Part shown: positions 1 to 16,542 of the stretch, one piece after another
Position numbering within the stretch: the stretch's first letter is position 1
How the letters are laid out: each line of letters begins with the position of its first letter
Assembly: GCF_003018255.1 (NCBI RefSeq)
Contig: NZ_CP027440.1
DNA from: Escherichia coli
GTDB lineage: Bacteria > Pseudomonadota > Gammaproteobacteria > Enterobacterales > Enterobacteriaceae
Reading direction: 5' to 3' (one strand)
Length of the DNA stretch: 64,000 nt
The notes under the pieces: generated by a model
Told to the model about the DNA's origin: nothing
Seen by the model: only the letters and a program-made list of their open reading frames with translations
The model's database searches: none
Program-made: the position numbers and the translations under genes

Positions 1-910
1 CGTCTCGCTCTATAGTGCCCCAAAACCTGGTGATATGGCTTTTATACGCGTGGCATCTTATTACCCCGTTACGATGTTCAGCCAGGTACGCACCCTCCCC
101 CGTGGTTCTGCCGAAGCGCAATACTGCGAGCTGGATGTGGTGCCAGGCGACCTGAACCGCTTTACGCTGACCGGATGCCTGCCACAACGTTCTGAGCCGC
201 TCCCGTTGGCTTTTGCCGTGCAGGATGGTGCCAGCTATGCTGGAGCAATTCTGAAAGATGAGTTAAAACAGGCAGGTATCACCTGGAGCGGAACACTGCT
301 GCGTCAGACGCAGGTTAACGAACCCGGAACGGTAGTTGCCAGTAAACAGTCGGCCCCGTTGCACGATCTGCTTAAGATTATGCTGAAAAAGTCGGACAAC
401 ATGATTGCCGATACGGTTTTCCGCATGATCGGCCATGCGCGCTTCAATGTGCCTGGAACATGGCGGGCCGGGTCGGACGCCGTGCGTCAGATCCTGCGCC
501 AGCAAGCCGGTGTCGATATTGGAAATACCATTATTGCCGATGGTTCAGGGCTTTCGCGGCATAACCTGATTGCTCCCGCCACCATGATGCAGGTGCTGCA
601 ATACATTGCCCAACACGACAATGAACTTAACTTTATCTCTATGCTGCCGCTGGCGGGCTATGACGGCTCTTTGCAGTACCGTGCAGGTCTGCATCAGGCG
701 GGCGTGGATGGAAAAGTCTCAGCGAAAACCGGTTCGTTGCAGGGGGTATATAACCTGGCGGGATTCATTACCACAGCGAGCGGGCAACGAATGGCGTTTG
801 TGCAATATCTTTCTGGCTATGCAGTAGAACCGGCGGATCAGCGTAATCGCCGTATTCCGTTGGTACGTTTTGAAAGCCGTTTGTATAAGGATATTTACCA
901 GAACAATTAG
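1..910 (+). CDS. dacB: D-alanyl-D-alanine carboxypeptidase/endopeptidase PBP4, C-terminal part (5' end lies outside the window)
   Basis: ORF 35..910 translation ends ...SGYAVEPADQRNRRIPLVRFESRLYKDIYQNN, recognised as the PBP4 C-terminus; reading frame is open back to the window edge. Confidence 0.9.
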   Translation, partial: VSLYSAPKPGDMAFIRVASYYPVTMFSQVRTLPRGSAEAQYCELDVVPGDLNRFTLTGCLPQRSEPLPLAFAVQDGASYAGAILKDELKQAGITWSGTLLRQTQVNEPGTVVASKQSAPLHDLLKIMLKKSDNMIADTVFRMIGHARFNVPGTWRAGSDAVRQILRQQAGVDIGNTIIADGSGLSRHNLIAPATMMQVLQYIAQHDNELNFISMLPLAGYDGSLQYRAGLHQAGVDGKVSAKTGSLQGVYNLAGFITTASGQRMAFVQYLSGYAVEPADQRNRRIPLVRFESRLYKDIYQNN

Positions 911-920
911 TCTAAAGAGA

Positions 921-945
921 AACCCCGGCACATGGCCGGGGTTTT
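921..945. terminator. Bidirectional intrinsic terminator between convergent dacB and obgE
   Basis: Stem CCCCGGC / GCCGGGG with 5-nt loop, A-run before and T-run after, so it reads as hairpin plus U-tract on both strands. Confidence 0.7.
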
Positions 946-950
946 GCTGA

Positions 951-2138
<1,188 letters not shown>

Positions 2139-3104
2139 TCATTCGCCTGCGCGGGGTTGCGATACCACCGTTGTATGCTTACGTAATCCGCCCCAAATAC
2201 GATGACCAATGGCGGAATACATCGCGCCCGCAACCACGACAAACGCACCGAGATAACCTAAAAGGTTTAACATCGGTCTGGCGAAGAAATCGGGCCAGGC
2301 CAGTGATAAAAGATCTGAAAAAAACAGCGTAAACAGTGGGGTGAGCGTAATGATCGCGCTCACCTGCGCTGCCTGCCAGCGAGCCATCGCTTCCGCCAGG
2401 GCGCCATATCCTACCAATGTATTCAGTCCGCAAAAAATTAAACATGCGAGCTGCCAGTGGCTAAGCTGCGCTATCACTCCAGGCTTTGCCAGAGGGAAGA
2501 GCGCAATTGTACATAAAGTGTACAGCAAAAACAGGATCTGCGGTGAGGCCAGTCGACGCAATAAAACCTTTTGCGCCACGCCATAACTCACCCACACCGT
2601 CGCCGCACCGACCCCAAAGATTACTCCCCAGGTGTAATCGGTGAGCTTTGTAAATATCTCGACCAGACTGGTGTTAAAAAACATCACCAGGCCGCTCAGG
2701 AGCATCAATGCCCCTACAACCTGAGTGCTGCGCATTTTCTCTTTCAGGATAAATACGCTGGCAACCATCATGCCAACTGGCGAGAGTTGCCCAATCACCT
2801 GCGAAGCGGTCGGACTCAGGTATTGCAAGGATGAGCTGAACAGGATGAAGTTCCCAAACAGCCCGGCGGTCGCCACTGCCAACAAAATCAACCAGCGTGG
2901 CTTACGAAACACGCGTAATGGCGGCAACCGCTTCTTCACCGCAAGAATGGCACCCAGGCCAATACTCGCCATCAAGAAACGGTAAAACACGATTGTCGGA
3001 GGTTCCATCACCTCCAGCACCTGCTTCATTGCGATTGGCAACGCCCCCCAGCAAATTGCTGTGGTGAGCGCCAAAAGAATGCCAATGCCTGCCTGCTGCT
3101 TCAT
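2139..3104 (-). CDS. yhbE: EamA-family inner membrane transporter YhbE
   Basis: 321 aa hydrophobic multi-pass protein directly downstream of rpmA and upstream of obgE, matching the E. coli arrangement. Confidence 0.85.
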   Translation of the reverse strand: MKQQAGIGILLALTTAICWGALPIAMKQVLEVMEPPTIVFYRFLMASIGLGAILAVKKRLPPLRVFRKPRWLILLAVATAGLFGNFILFSSSLQYLSPTASQVIGQLSPVGMMVASVFILKEKMRSTQVVGALMLLSGLVMFFNTSLVEIFTKLTDYTWGVIFGVGAATVWVSYGVAQKVLLRRLASPQILFLLYTLCTIALFPLAKPGVIAQLSHWQLACLIFCGLNTLVGYGALAEAMARWQAAQVSAIITLTPLFTLFFSDLLSLAWPDFFARPMLNLLGYLGAFVVVAGAMYSAIGHRIWGGLRKHTTVVSQPRAGE

Positions 3105-3175
3105 ACCGTATTCCCTGCAAAGCGCATTTGCGGATTAACGTCGCACCATGCGCATTTTTACCGGTTATCGAATGT

Positions 3176-3204
3176 AAAAAGCCCCGCAACGTGTTGCGGG
3201 GCTT
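3176..3204 (-). terminator. Intrinsic terminator downstream of rplU-rpmA
   Basis: Hairpin AAAGCCCCGCAAC-GTGTTGCGGGGCTTT followed on the minus strand by TTTTTACATT. Confidence 0.75.
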
Positions 3205-3230
3205 TCATCCGTTACCGGGACGCGAAAAAC

Positions 3231-3856
<626 letters not shown>

Positions 3857-4078
3857 TCAGAGTGCGCTATAAATATTCACAATAGGGCGCGAATATTACG
3901 CAAAACGCACGCCTTTGACAAGTGCTACAGTCAATACACGAAGAAAAAAAACACAACTTGTACGGTAACGTTTATCTGTGCCATTTTTTCAGTACAATCA
4001 CCCTATATTCCTAACCATAAACCCTAAGTTGCCTTTGTTCACAGTAAGGTAATCGGGGCGAAAAGCCCGGCTTTTGCG

Positions 4079-5050
4079 ATGAATTTAGAAAAAATCAATG
4101 AGTTAACCGCGCAAGATATGGCGGGTGTTAATGCGGCAATCCTTGAGCAGCTTAATTCCGACGTCCAACTGATCAATCAGTTAGGCTATTACATCGTCAG
4201 CGGCGGCGGTAAACGTATTCGTCCGATGATTGCTGTACTGGCTGCACGAGCTGTTGGCTATGAGGGAAATGCGCATGTCACCATTGCTGCCCTGATCGAG
4301 TTTATCCACACGGCGACTCTGCTGCACGACGACGTTGTGGATGAATCAGATATGCGCAGGGGTAAAGCTACCGCCAACGCTGCATTTGGCAATGCCGCCA
4401 GCGTGCTGGTAGGCGATTTTATTTATACCCGCGCGTTCCAGATGATGACCAGCCTCGGCTCGCTCAAAGTGCTGGAAGTCATGTCAGAAGCCGTAAACGT
4501 CATCGCAGAAGGTGAAGTTCTGCAACTGATGAACGTTAACGATCCGGACATCACTGAAGAAAACTACATGCGCGTTATCTATAGCAAAACCGCGCGTCTG
4601 TTTGAGGCTGCCGCGCAGTGTTCCGGGATTCTGGCTGGCTGTACGCCGGAGGAGGAGAAAGGCCTGCAGGATTATGGGCGCTATCTCGGCACTGCTTTCC
4701 AGTTGATCGACGATTTACTCGATTACAATGCCGATGGCGAACAGTTAGGTAAAAACGTCGGCGACGATCTGAACGAAGGTAAACCGACGCTGCCGCTGCT
4801 GCATGCAATGCATCATGGCACACCAGAACAGGCACAGATGATTCGTACCGCCATCGAACAGGGTAACGGTCGCCATCTTCTGGAACCGGTTCTGGAAGCA
4901 ATGAACGCTTGTGGATCTCTTGAATGGACGCGTCAGCGTGCCGAGGAAGAAGCAGACAAAGCCATCGCAGCGTTACAGGTGCTCCCGGACACCCCGTGGC
5001 GAGAAGCACTCATCGGCCTCGCGCACATCGCTGTTCAACGCGATCGTTAA
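4079..5050 (+). CDS. ispB: Octaprenyl diphosphate synthase
   Basis: 323 aa; polyprenyl synthase aspartate-rich motifs (LLHDDVVDESDMRRG and FQLIDDLLDY). Confidence 0.95.
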   Translation: MNLEKINELTAQDMAGVNAAILEQLNSDVQLINQLGYYIVSGGGKRIRPMIAVLAARAVGYEGNAHVTIAALIEFIHTATLLHDDVVDESDMRRGKATANAAFGNAASVLVGDFIYTRAFQMMTSLGSLKVLEVMSEAVNVIAEGEVLQLMNVNDPDITEENYMRVIYSKTARLFEAAAQCSGILAGCTPEEEKGLQDYGRYLGTAFQLIDDLLDYNADGEQLGKNVGDDLNEGKPTLPLLHAMHHGTPEQAQMIRTAIEQGNGRHLLEPVLEAMNACGSLEWTRQRAEEEADKAIAALQVLPDTPWREALIGLAHIAVQRDR

Positions 5051-5277
5051 TCCCCTCCCCTCATCCCGCGCAGCGCGCGGGATGATTCCAGTAAATTCCA
5101 TAAAAACACTTATTCAGCTCTATAACACCTGAAAAATAGGGACGTACATCTTTATATATTCTGAATATTCACACTCTTTACAGGAACTTTTTAGAGCAAT
5201 AGGCCATCAGGAGTATAGTGATGCTCGACAGAAGAAGTGTTCTGAATGAAAGCGACTAACTTAAGGAGTGAGGAAAG

Positions 5278-5556
5278 ATGGAAAGTAATTTCATTGACTG
5301 GCATCCCGCTGACATCATTGCGGGTTTGCGCAAGAAGGGAACGTCAATGGCGGCGGAATCTCGCAGAAATGGTTTGAGTTCCTCAACGCTGGCGAACGCA
5401 TTATCGCGCCCCTGGCCGAAAGGAGAGATGATTATTGCGAAAGCCCTGGGAACTGACCCCTGGATTATCTGGCCATCTCGCTACCATGATCCGCAGACCC
5501 ATGAGTTTATCGACAGAACGCAGTTGATGCGTAGCTACACTAAACCGAAAAAATGA
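5278..5556 (+). CDS. sfsB: Ner-like DNA-binding protein (sugar fermentation stimulation protein B)
   Basis: 92 aa, MESNFIDWHPADIIAGLRKKGTSMAAESRRNGLSSSTLANAL...; Shine-Dalgarno AAGGAG upstream. Confidence 0.9.
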   Translation: MESNFIDWHPADIIAGLRKKGTSMAAESRRNGLSSSTLANALSRPWPKGEMIIAKALGTDPWIIWPSRYHDPQTHEFIDRTQLMRSYTKPKK

Positions 5557-5603
5557 GTGGTCTGGCGGTAGCCCCGCGAACGGGGCTGCCAGCTCTCAGA
5601 CAA

Positions 5604-6863
<1,260 letters not shown>

Positions 6864-6917
6864 TTAGTTTGTTCTCAGTTAACAATTCATATCCGCTACC
6901 GGCGAATCGCCCATAGC

Positions 6918-7172
6918 TCAAAAGCCGTTCAGTTTGCGATCGCGCGCCCACTCCGCAGGGGTATACGCTTTGATCGACACAGCATGAATGCGGTTATCCG
7001 CAATATATTCCATCAGCGGGCCATAGACCGTCTGCTGTTTTTTAACCCGACTCATGCCGTCAAACAACTCACCCACGGCAATAACCTGAAAGTGGCTGCC
7101 ATCGCCGGAAACGTGGACTTCCTGGAGGGAGAGAGCGTTCATCAACACGCTCTGAATTTCATTATTTTCCAT
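6918..7172 (-). CDS. ibaG: BolA-family acid stress protein IbaG (YrbA)
   Basis: True start [14 protein letters not shown] (ATG confirmed at 7170-7172 on the minus strand), 84 aa; ORF-track start is over-extended. Confidence 0.9.
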
Positions 7173-7290
7173 GGGATCTTCAATCATCAGTTAATAAACC
7201 AGCGAAACATCTTAGAGCAAAGTTGCGCTGGCATAAATAAGCAAAAAGCCTCGCTGATAAATCAGACAAGGCTCGACTTGCAGGCAGGTT

Positions 7291-7322
7291 TGCCGGACAG
7301 GCGGTTAACGCCATATCCGGCC
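7291..7322. repeat. REP-like GC-rich palindromic element in the ibaG-mlaB intergenic region
   Basis: TGCCGGACAGGCGGTTAACGCCATATCCGGCC resembles the REP consensus (GCCGGATG...CCGGC) in inverted orientation. Confidence 0.6.
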
Positions 7323-7331
7323 TGAAAAAAT

Positions 7332-7624
7332 TTAACGAGGCAGAACATCAGCAGGCAAATTATACAATTTCGCCAGGGTATACACTTTGTCGTTTACCCC
7401 CTGAAGCGTCACATTGTTGCCCTGCTTTTTCGCCAGATCGATAAGATGGAGCAGCAGCGCCAGTCCACCTGTATCAACGCGGGATACACGGCTAAGATCG
7501 ATACAGGTAATCCCCTTCACCGCTTCCTCACGCATTTCCCAAAGCGGTAGCAGAACGTCCTGATCCAGCTCTCCGGATAACGCCAGCGTGTCACCCGTCT
7601 GCATCCAGCTCAGTGACTCGCTCA

Positions 7625-7625
<1 letters not shown>
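7332..7625 (-). CDS. mlaB: Phospholipid transport STAS-domain protein MlaB
   Basis: 97 aa, MSESLSWMQTGDTLALSGELDQDVL...; first gene of the mlaFEDCB operon order on the minus strand. Confidence 0.93.
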
Positions 7626-10435
<2,810 letters not shown>

Positions 10436-10644
10436 AATTCACCCTTCGTCTTGCGTTGATTTTCTAAGCATGGCGCTCAATTTAACCTTGACCCCAACAT
10501 ATTTACAGAATATTACCCGCCGTGGTTAGCGAAAGCTGGCATTTGTTTTACTTTTTAGCCGCATAAAGTCAAAATTAAGAATCCGTTACGGCTTTCTGAA
10601 AATCTTCAGCGGACCGGCGAGTATACCTGAAGAAAGGACGTTAG

Positions 10645-11622
10645 ATGCTTTTAGCTACGGCACTGTTAATTGTTGGTTTACTTTTGGTCGTTTACAGTGC
10701 CGACCGCCTGGTTTTTGCCGCGTCTATTCTTTGCCGAACCTTTGGCATCCCGCCGCTAATCATCGGCATGACGGTGGTCAGTATTGGTACATCGTTACCA
10801 GAAATCATCGTCTCGCTTGCCGCGTCTCTGCACGAACAACGCGATTTAGCCGTTGGTACAGCCCTCGGCTCAAACATTATCAATATATTGCTGATCCTCG
10901 GTCTGGCTGCGCTGGTTCGTCCTTTTACCGTCCATTCTGATGTTCTACGCCGTGAATTACCCTTAATGTTGTTGGTCAGCGTGGTGGCCGGTTCCGTACT
11001 CTATGACGGACAACTTAGTCGAAGCGATGGTATCTTTCTCCTCTTTCTGGCTGTGCTATGGCTGCTGTTCATTGTTAAACTTGCACGTCAGGCTGAACGT
11101 CAGGGGACTGACAGCCTGACCAGAGAGCAGCTTGCAGAGCTGCCTCGTGACGGCGGATTGCCCGTCGCGTTTTTATGGCTCGGCATTGCGCTTATCATCA
11201 TGCCAGTGGCCACGCGGATGGTGGTTGATAACGCCACGGTGCTGGCGAATTACTTTGCCATCAGCGAGTTGACGATGGGTCTGACGGCAATTGCTATCGG
11301 AACCAGCCTGCCGGAACTGGCAACCGCAATAGCGGGGGTTCGCAAAGGTGAAAACGACATTGCTGTCGGAAATATCATTGGCGCAAACATTTTTAATATT
11401 GTCATCGTATTGGGTTTACCCGCGCTGATAACGCCAGGAGAGATTGATCCACTGGCGTACAGTCGTGACTACAGCGTGATGTTGCTGGTGAGCATTATTT
11501 TTGCGTTGCTGTGCTGGCGGCGCTCCCCGCAACCGGGCCGTGGTGTAGGGGTATTATTAACTGGCGGATTTATCGTATGGCTGGCGATGTTGTACTGGTT
11601 ATCGCCAATACTCGTTGAATAA
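10645..11622 (+). CDS. yrbG: Na+/Ca2+ exchanger (CaCA) family inner membrane protein YrbG
   Basis: 325 aa; two internally repeated halves with alpha-repeat motifs (GTSLPE..). Confidence 0.88.
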   Translation: MLLATALLIVGLLLVVYSADRLVFAASILCRTFGIPPLIIGMTVVSIGTSLPEIIVSLAASLHEQRDLAVGTALGSNIINILLILGLAALVRPFTVHSDVLRRELPLMLLVSVVAGSVLYDGQLSRSDGIFLLFLAVLWLLFIVKLARQAERQGTDSLTREQLAELPRDGGLPVAFLWLGIALIIMPVATRMVVDNATVLANYFAISELTMGLTAIAIGTSLPELATAIAGVRKGENDIAVGNIIGANIFNIVIVLGLPALITPGEIDPLAYSRDYSVMLLVSIIFALLCWRRSPQPGRGVGVLLTGGFIVWLAMLYWLSPILVE

Positions 11623-11635
11623 CTGGAAACGCATT

Positions 11636-12622
11636 ATGTCGCACGTAGAGTTACAACCGGGTTTTGACTTTCAGCAAGCAGGTAAAGAAGTCCTGGCGAT
11701 TGAACGTGAATGCCTGGCGGAGCTTGATCAATACATCAATCAGAATTTCACGCTTGCCTGTGAAAAGATGTTCTGGTGTAAAGGGAAAGTTGTCGTCATG
11801 GGGATGGGGAAATCGGGGCACATCGGGCGCAAAATGGCCGCAACGTTTGCCAGCACCGGTACACCTTCATTTTTCGTCCATCCTGGTGAAGCCGCGCATG
11901 GTGATTTAGGCATGGTCACCCCACAGGATGTGGTGATTGCTATCTCTAACTCAGGTGAATCCAGCGAAATCACGGCCTTAATTCCAGTGCTTAAGCGTCT
12001 TCACGTACCGTTAATCTGCATCACCGGTCGCCCGGAGAGCAGCATGGCGCGCGCCGCAGATGTGCATCTGTGTGTTAAAGTAGCGAAAGAAGCCTGTCCG
12101 TTAGGGCTGGCACCGACCAGCAGCACCACCGCCACGCTGGTTATGGGCGATGCCCTCGCTGTCGCGCTGTTAAAAGCACGCGGCTTTACTGCTGAAGATT
12201 TTGCGCTCTCACACCCAGGCGGCGCACTGGGTCGTAAACTTCTGCTGCGCGTAAACGATATTATGCATACGGGCGATGAGATCCCGCATGTTAAGAAAAC
12301 GGCCAGTCTGCGTGACGCATTGCTGGAAGTTACCCGCAAAAATCTTGGTGTGACTGTCATTTGCGATGACAATATGATGATTGAAGGCATCTTTACCGAC
12401 GGTGATTTACGCCGTGTCTTCGATATGGGCGTGGATGTTCGTCAGTTAAGTATTGCCGATGTGATGACGCCGGGGGGAATACGTGTGCGCCCTGGCATTC
12501 TGGCCGTTGAGGCACTGAACTTAATGCAGTCCCGCCATATCACCTCCGTGATGGTTGCCGATGGCGACCATTTACTCGGTGTGTTACATATGCATGATTT
12601 ACTGCGTGCAGGCGTAGTGTAA
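11636..12622 (+). CDS. kdsD: D-arabinose 5-phosphate isomerase (SIS plus CBS domains)
   Basis: True start MSHVELQPGFDFQQAGKEVLAIE (ATG at 11636), 328 aa; ORF-track start is over-extended by 7 codons. Confidence 0.93.
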   Translation: MSHVELQPGFDFQQAGKEVLAIERECLAELDQYINQNFTLACEKMFWCKGKVVVMGMGKSGHIGRKMAATFASTGTPSFFVHPGEAAHGDLGMVTPQDVVIAISNSGESSEITALIPVLKRLHVPLICITGRPESSMARAADVHLCVKVAKEACPLGLAPTSSTTATLVMGDALAVALLKARGFTAEDFALSHPGGALGRKLLLRVNDIMHTGDEIPHVKKTASLRDALLEVTRKNLGVTVICDDNMMIEGIFTDGDLRRVFDMGVDVRQLSIADVMTPGGIRVRPGILAVEALNLMQSRHITSVMVADGDHLLGVLHMHDLLRAGVV

Positions 12623-12642
12623 AGATTCAAGGATAAACAACA

Positions 12643-13209
12643 ATGAGCAAAGCAGGTGCGTCGCTTGCGACCTGTTACGGCCCTGTCAGCGCCGACGTTA
12701 TAGCAAAAGCAGAGAACATTCGTCTGCTGATCCTCGATGTCGATGGCGTACTGTCAGATGGCCTGATTTATATGGGCAATAATGGCGAAGAGCTGAAAGC
12801 GTTCAATGTTCGTGACGGTTATGGCATTCGTTGTGCGCTCACCTCTGATATTGAAGTCGCTATCATTACCGGGCGAAAGGCTAAACTGGTAGAAGATCGT
12901 TGTGCCACATTGGGGATCACTCACTTGTATCAGGGGCAGTCAAACAAACTGATCGCCTTTAGCGATTTGCTGGAAAAACTGGCGATTGCCCCGGAAAATG
13001 TGGCTTATGTCGGCGATGATCTCATCGACTGGCCGGTAATGGAAAAAGTGGGTTTAAGCATCGCCGTGGCCGATGCGCATCCACTGTTAATCCCGCGCGC
13101 CGATTACGTGACGCGCATTGCTGGCGGTCGTGGTGCAGTGCGTGAAGTTTGCGACTTATTACTCCTGGCGCAGGGCAAACTGGATGAAGCCAAAGGGCAA
13201 TCGATATGA
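12643..13209 (+). CDS. kdsC: 3-deoxy-D-manno-octulosonate 8-phosphate phosphatase
   Basis: 188 aa; HAD motif LLILDVDGVLSDG. Confidence 0.93.
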   Translation: MSKAGASLATCYGPVSADVIAKAENIRLLILDVDGVLSDGLIYMGNNGEELKAFNVRDGYGIRCALTSDIEVAIITGRKAKLVEDRCATLGITHLYQGQSNKLIAFSDLLEKLAIAPENVAYVGDDLIDWPVMEKVGLSIAVADAHPLLIPRADYVTRIAGGRGAVREVCDLLLLAQGKLDEAKGQSI

Positions 13210-13781
13210 GTAAAGCCAGACGTTGGGTTATCATTGTGCTGTCACTGGCGGTTCTGGTGATGATCGGCATTAATATGGCCGAAAAAGACGATACCGCCCA
13301 GGTGGTCGTCAACAACAATGATCCCACCTATAAAAGCGAGCATACGGACACGCTCGTCTATAACCCAGAAGGGGCACTAAGCTATCGATTGATTGCTCAA
13401 CACGTTGAATATTATTCCGATCAGGCCGTTTCGTGGTTTACGCAGCCGGTACTTACCACGTTTGATAAGGATAAAATCCCGACATGGTCCGTAAAAGCAG
13501 ATAAAGCCAAGCTGACCAATGACCGGATGCTCTATTTATATGGACACGTTGAAGTCAACGCACTCGTGCCGGACTCTCAACTTCGCAGAATCACGACGGA
13601 TAACGCGCAGATCAATCTGGTGACGCAGGATGTTACCTCTGAAGACCTCGTCACGTTATACGGAACAACATTTAACTCCAGCGGTCTGAAAATGCGCGGC
13701 AACTTACGCAGCAAGAACGCCGAGCTGATTGAAAAGGTTAGAACATCCTATGAAATTCAAAACAAACAAACTCAGCCTTAA
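13206..13781 (+). CDS. lptC: LPS export protein LptC
   Basis: 191 aa; start overlaps the kdsC stop (ATGA); N-terminal membrane anchor. Confidence 0.92.
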   Translation: MSKARRWVIIVLSLAVLVMIGINMAEKDDTAQVVVNNNDPTYKSEHTDTLVYNPEGALSYRLIAQHVEYYSDQAVSWFTQPVLTTFDKDKIPTWSVKADKAKLTNDRMLYLYGHVEVNALVPDSQLRRITTDNAQINLVTQDVTSEDLVTLYGTTFNSSGLKMRGNLRSKNAELIEKVRTSYEIQNKQTQP

Positions 13782-14307
13782 TCTTGTGCTTGCCAGCTCA
13801 CTTCTGGCCGCCAGCATTCCGGCATTTGCCGTAACCGGAGACACTGATCAGCCGATCCACATTGAATCGGACCAGCAATCTCTTGATATGCAAGGCAACG
13901 TGGTTACCTTTACCGGCAATGTCATCGTCACCCAGGGCACCATCAAAATTAATGCCGACAAAGTGGTCGTTACCCGTCCGGGCGGCGAACAAGGTAAAGA
14001 AGTGATTGACGGCTACGGTAAACCGGCAACGTTCTACCAGATGCAGGACAACGGTAAACCCGTTGAAGGTCACGCTTCACAGATGCACTACGAACTGGCA
14101 AAAGATTTTGTCGTTCTGACGGGTAATGCTTATCTGCAGCAGGTCGATAGCAACATTAAGGGCGATAAGATCACTTACCTGGTGAAAGAGCAGAAAATGC
14201 AGGCTTTCAGCGACAAAGGCAAGCGCGTAACCACCGTTCTGGTGCCGTCGCAGCTGCAGGACAAAAACAATAAAGGCCAGACCCCGGCACAGAAGAAGGG
14301 TAATTAA
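13750..14307 (+). CDS. lptA: Periplasmic LPS transport protein LptA
   Basis: True start MKFKTNKLSLNLVLASSLLAASIPAFA (signal peptide; ATG at 13750), 185 aa. Confidence 0.92.
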   Translation: MKFKTNKLSLNLVLASSLLAASIPAFAVTGDTDQPIHIESDQQSLDMQGNVVTFTGNVIVTQGTIKINADKVVVTRPGGEQGKEVIDGYGKPATFYQMQDNGKPVEGHASQMHYELAKDFVVLTGNAYLQQVDSNIKGDKITYLVKEQKMQAFSDKGKRVTTVLVPSQLQDKNNKGQTPAQKKGN

Positions 14308-14313
14308 TTCGTT

Positions 14314-15039
14314 ATGGCAACATTAACTGCAAAGAACCTTGCAAAAGCCTATAAAGGCCGTCGCGTGGTAGAAGACGTCAGCCTGACCGTCAACTCCGGG
14401 GAAATTGTCGGTCTGCTGGGGCCAAACGGTGCCGGTAAGACCACCACTTTCTACATGGTTGTTGGCATTGTGCCGCGCGATGCGGGCAACATCATTATTG
14501 ATGATGACGATATCAGTCTGCTGCCTCTGCATGCACGCGCGCGCCGCGGTATCGGCTATCTGCCGCAGGAAGCCTCCATTTTCCGTCGCCTCAGCGTTTA
14601 CGATAACCTGATGGCGGTACTGCAAATTCGTGACGACTTGTCTGCTGAACAACGTGAAGACCGCGCGAACGAGCTGATGGAAGAGTTTCACATTGAGCAC
14701 CTGCGTGACAGCATGGGGCAGTCACTCTCCGGGGGTGAACGTCGCCGTGTAGAAATTGCCCGTGCACTGGCTGCGAATCCGAAATTTATTCTGCTCGACG
14801 AACCGTTTGCCGGGGTTGACCCGATCTCGGTTATCGACATTAAACGCATCATTGAGCACCTGCGCGACAGCGGCCTGGGCGTACTGATCACTGACCACAA
14901 CGTGCGTGAAACACTGGCGGTTTGTGAACGCGCTTATATCGTCAGTCAGGGGCATTTGATCGCCCACGGCACGCCTACAGAAATCTTACAAGACGAACAC
15001 GTTAAGCGTGTATACCTTGGGGAAGACTTCAGACTCTGA
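14314..15039 (+). CDS. lptB: LPS export ABC transporter ATPase LptB
   Basis: 241 aa; Walker [10 protein letters not shown], signature LSGGERRR. Confidence 0.95.
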
Positions 15040-15086
15040 TAGGGTAGAAGTTTGCGATGTTTTAGCAGGAGAGTACGATTCTGAAC

Positions 15087-16520
15087 ATGAAGCAAGGTTT
15101 GCAACTCAGGCTTAGCCAACAACTGGCGATGACGCCACAGCTCCAACAGGCAATTCGTCTGTTGCAGTTGTCGACGCTGGAACTTCAGCAGGAGCTACAG
15201 CAGGCGCTGGAGAGTAATCCGCTGCTTGAGCAAATCGACACTCATGAAGAAATCGACACCCGCGAAACGCAAGACAGTGAAACACTGGACACCGCCGACG
15301 CGCTCGAACAAAAAGAGATGCCGGAAGAGCTGCCGCTCGATGCCAGTTGGGACACCATTTACACCGCTGGTACACCATCCGGCACCAGCGGTGACTACAT
15401 TGACGACGAGCTGCCGGTCTATCAGGGCGAAACGACGCAGACCTTGCAGGATTACCTGATGTGGCAGGTCGAGCTGACACCGTTTTCCGACACTGACCGC
15501 GCTATTGCTACCTCTATCGTCGATGCCGTTGATGACACCGGTTATCTGACTGTCCCGCTGGAAGATATTCTCGAAAGTATGGGCGATGAAGAGATTGACA
15601 TCGACGAAGTTGAAGCCGTCCTTAAGCGGATCCAACGGTTTGATCCGGTCGGTGTGGCGGCAAAAGATCTGCGTGACTGTCTGCTGATCCAACTCTCCCA
15701 ATTCGATAAAACCACGCCATGGCTGGAAGAGGCCAGACTGATCATTAGCGATCATCTCGATCTGTTAGCCAATCACGACTTCCGCACTTTAATGCGCGTC
15801 ACGCGGCTGAAAGAAGATGTGCTGAAAGAAGCCGTCAATCTGATCCAGTCGCTCGATCCGCGCCCCGGGCAGTCGATCCAGACGGGCGAACCTGAGTATG
15901 TCATTCCAGATGTGCTGGTGCGTAAGCATAACGGTCACTGGACGGTAGAACTCAACAGTGACAGCATTCCGCGTCTGCAAATCAACCAGCACTACGCCTC
16001 GATGTGCAATAACGCGCGCAACGATGGTGACAGCCAGTTTATCCGCAGCAATCTGCAGGATGCCAAATGGTTGATCAAGAGCCTGGAAAGCCGTAACGAT
16101 ACGCTACTGCGCGTGAGTCGCTGTATCGTTGAACAGCAGCAAGCCTTCTTTGAGCAAGGCGAAGAATATATGAAACCGATGGTACTGGCCGATATCGCCC
16201 AGGCTGTCGAAATGCATGAATCGACGATATCTCGCGTGACCACGCAAAAATACCTGCATAGTCCACGAGGCATTTTTGAACTGAAGTATTTCTTTTCCAG
16301 TCACGTCAATACCGAGGGCGGCGGCGAAGCTTCCTCCACGGCGATTCGTGCGCTGGTGAAGAAATTAATCGCGGCGGAAAACCCAGCGAAACCGTTGAGC
16401 GACAGCAAGTTAACCTCTTTGCTGTCGGAACAAGGTATCATGGTGGCACGCCGCACTGTTGCGAAGTACCGAGAGTCTTTATCCATTCCGCCGTCAAACC
16501 AGCGTAAACAGCTCGTTTGA
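15087..16520 (+). CDS. rpoN: RNA polymerase sigma-54 factor
   Basis: 477 aa; glutamine-rich N-terminus [36 protein letters not shown] and C-terminal RpoN-box [10 protein letters not shown]. Confidence 0.97.
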   Translation: MKQGLQLRLSQQLAMTPQLQQAIRLLQLSTLELQQELQQALESNPLLEQIDTHEEIDTRETQDSETLDTADALEQKEMPEELPLDASWDTIYTAGTPSGTSGDYIDDELPVYQGETTQTLQDYLMWQVELTPFSDTDRAIATSIVDAVDDTGYLTVPLEDILESMGDEEIDIDEVEAVLKRIQRFDPVGVAAKDLRDCLLIQLSQFDKTTPWLEEARLIISDHLDLLANHDFRTLMRVTRLKEDVLKEAVNLIQSLDPRPGQSIQTGEPEYVIPDVLVRKHNGHWTVELNSDSIPRLQINQHYASMCNNARNDGDSQFIRSNLQDAKWLIKSLESRNDTLLRVSRCIVEQQQAFFEQGEEYMKPMVLADIAQAVEMHESTISRVTTQKYLHSPRGIFELKYFFSSHVNTEGGGEASSTAIRALVKKLIAAENPAKPLSDSKLTSLLSEQGIMVARRTVAKYRESLSIPPSNQRKQLV

Positions 16521-16542
16521 CCCAACCGATAAGGAAGACACT

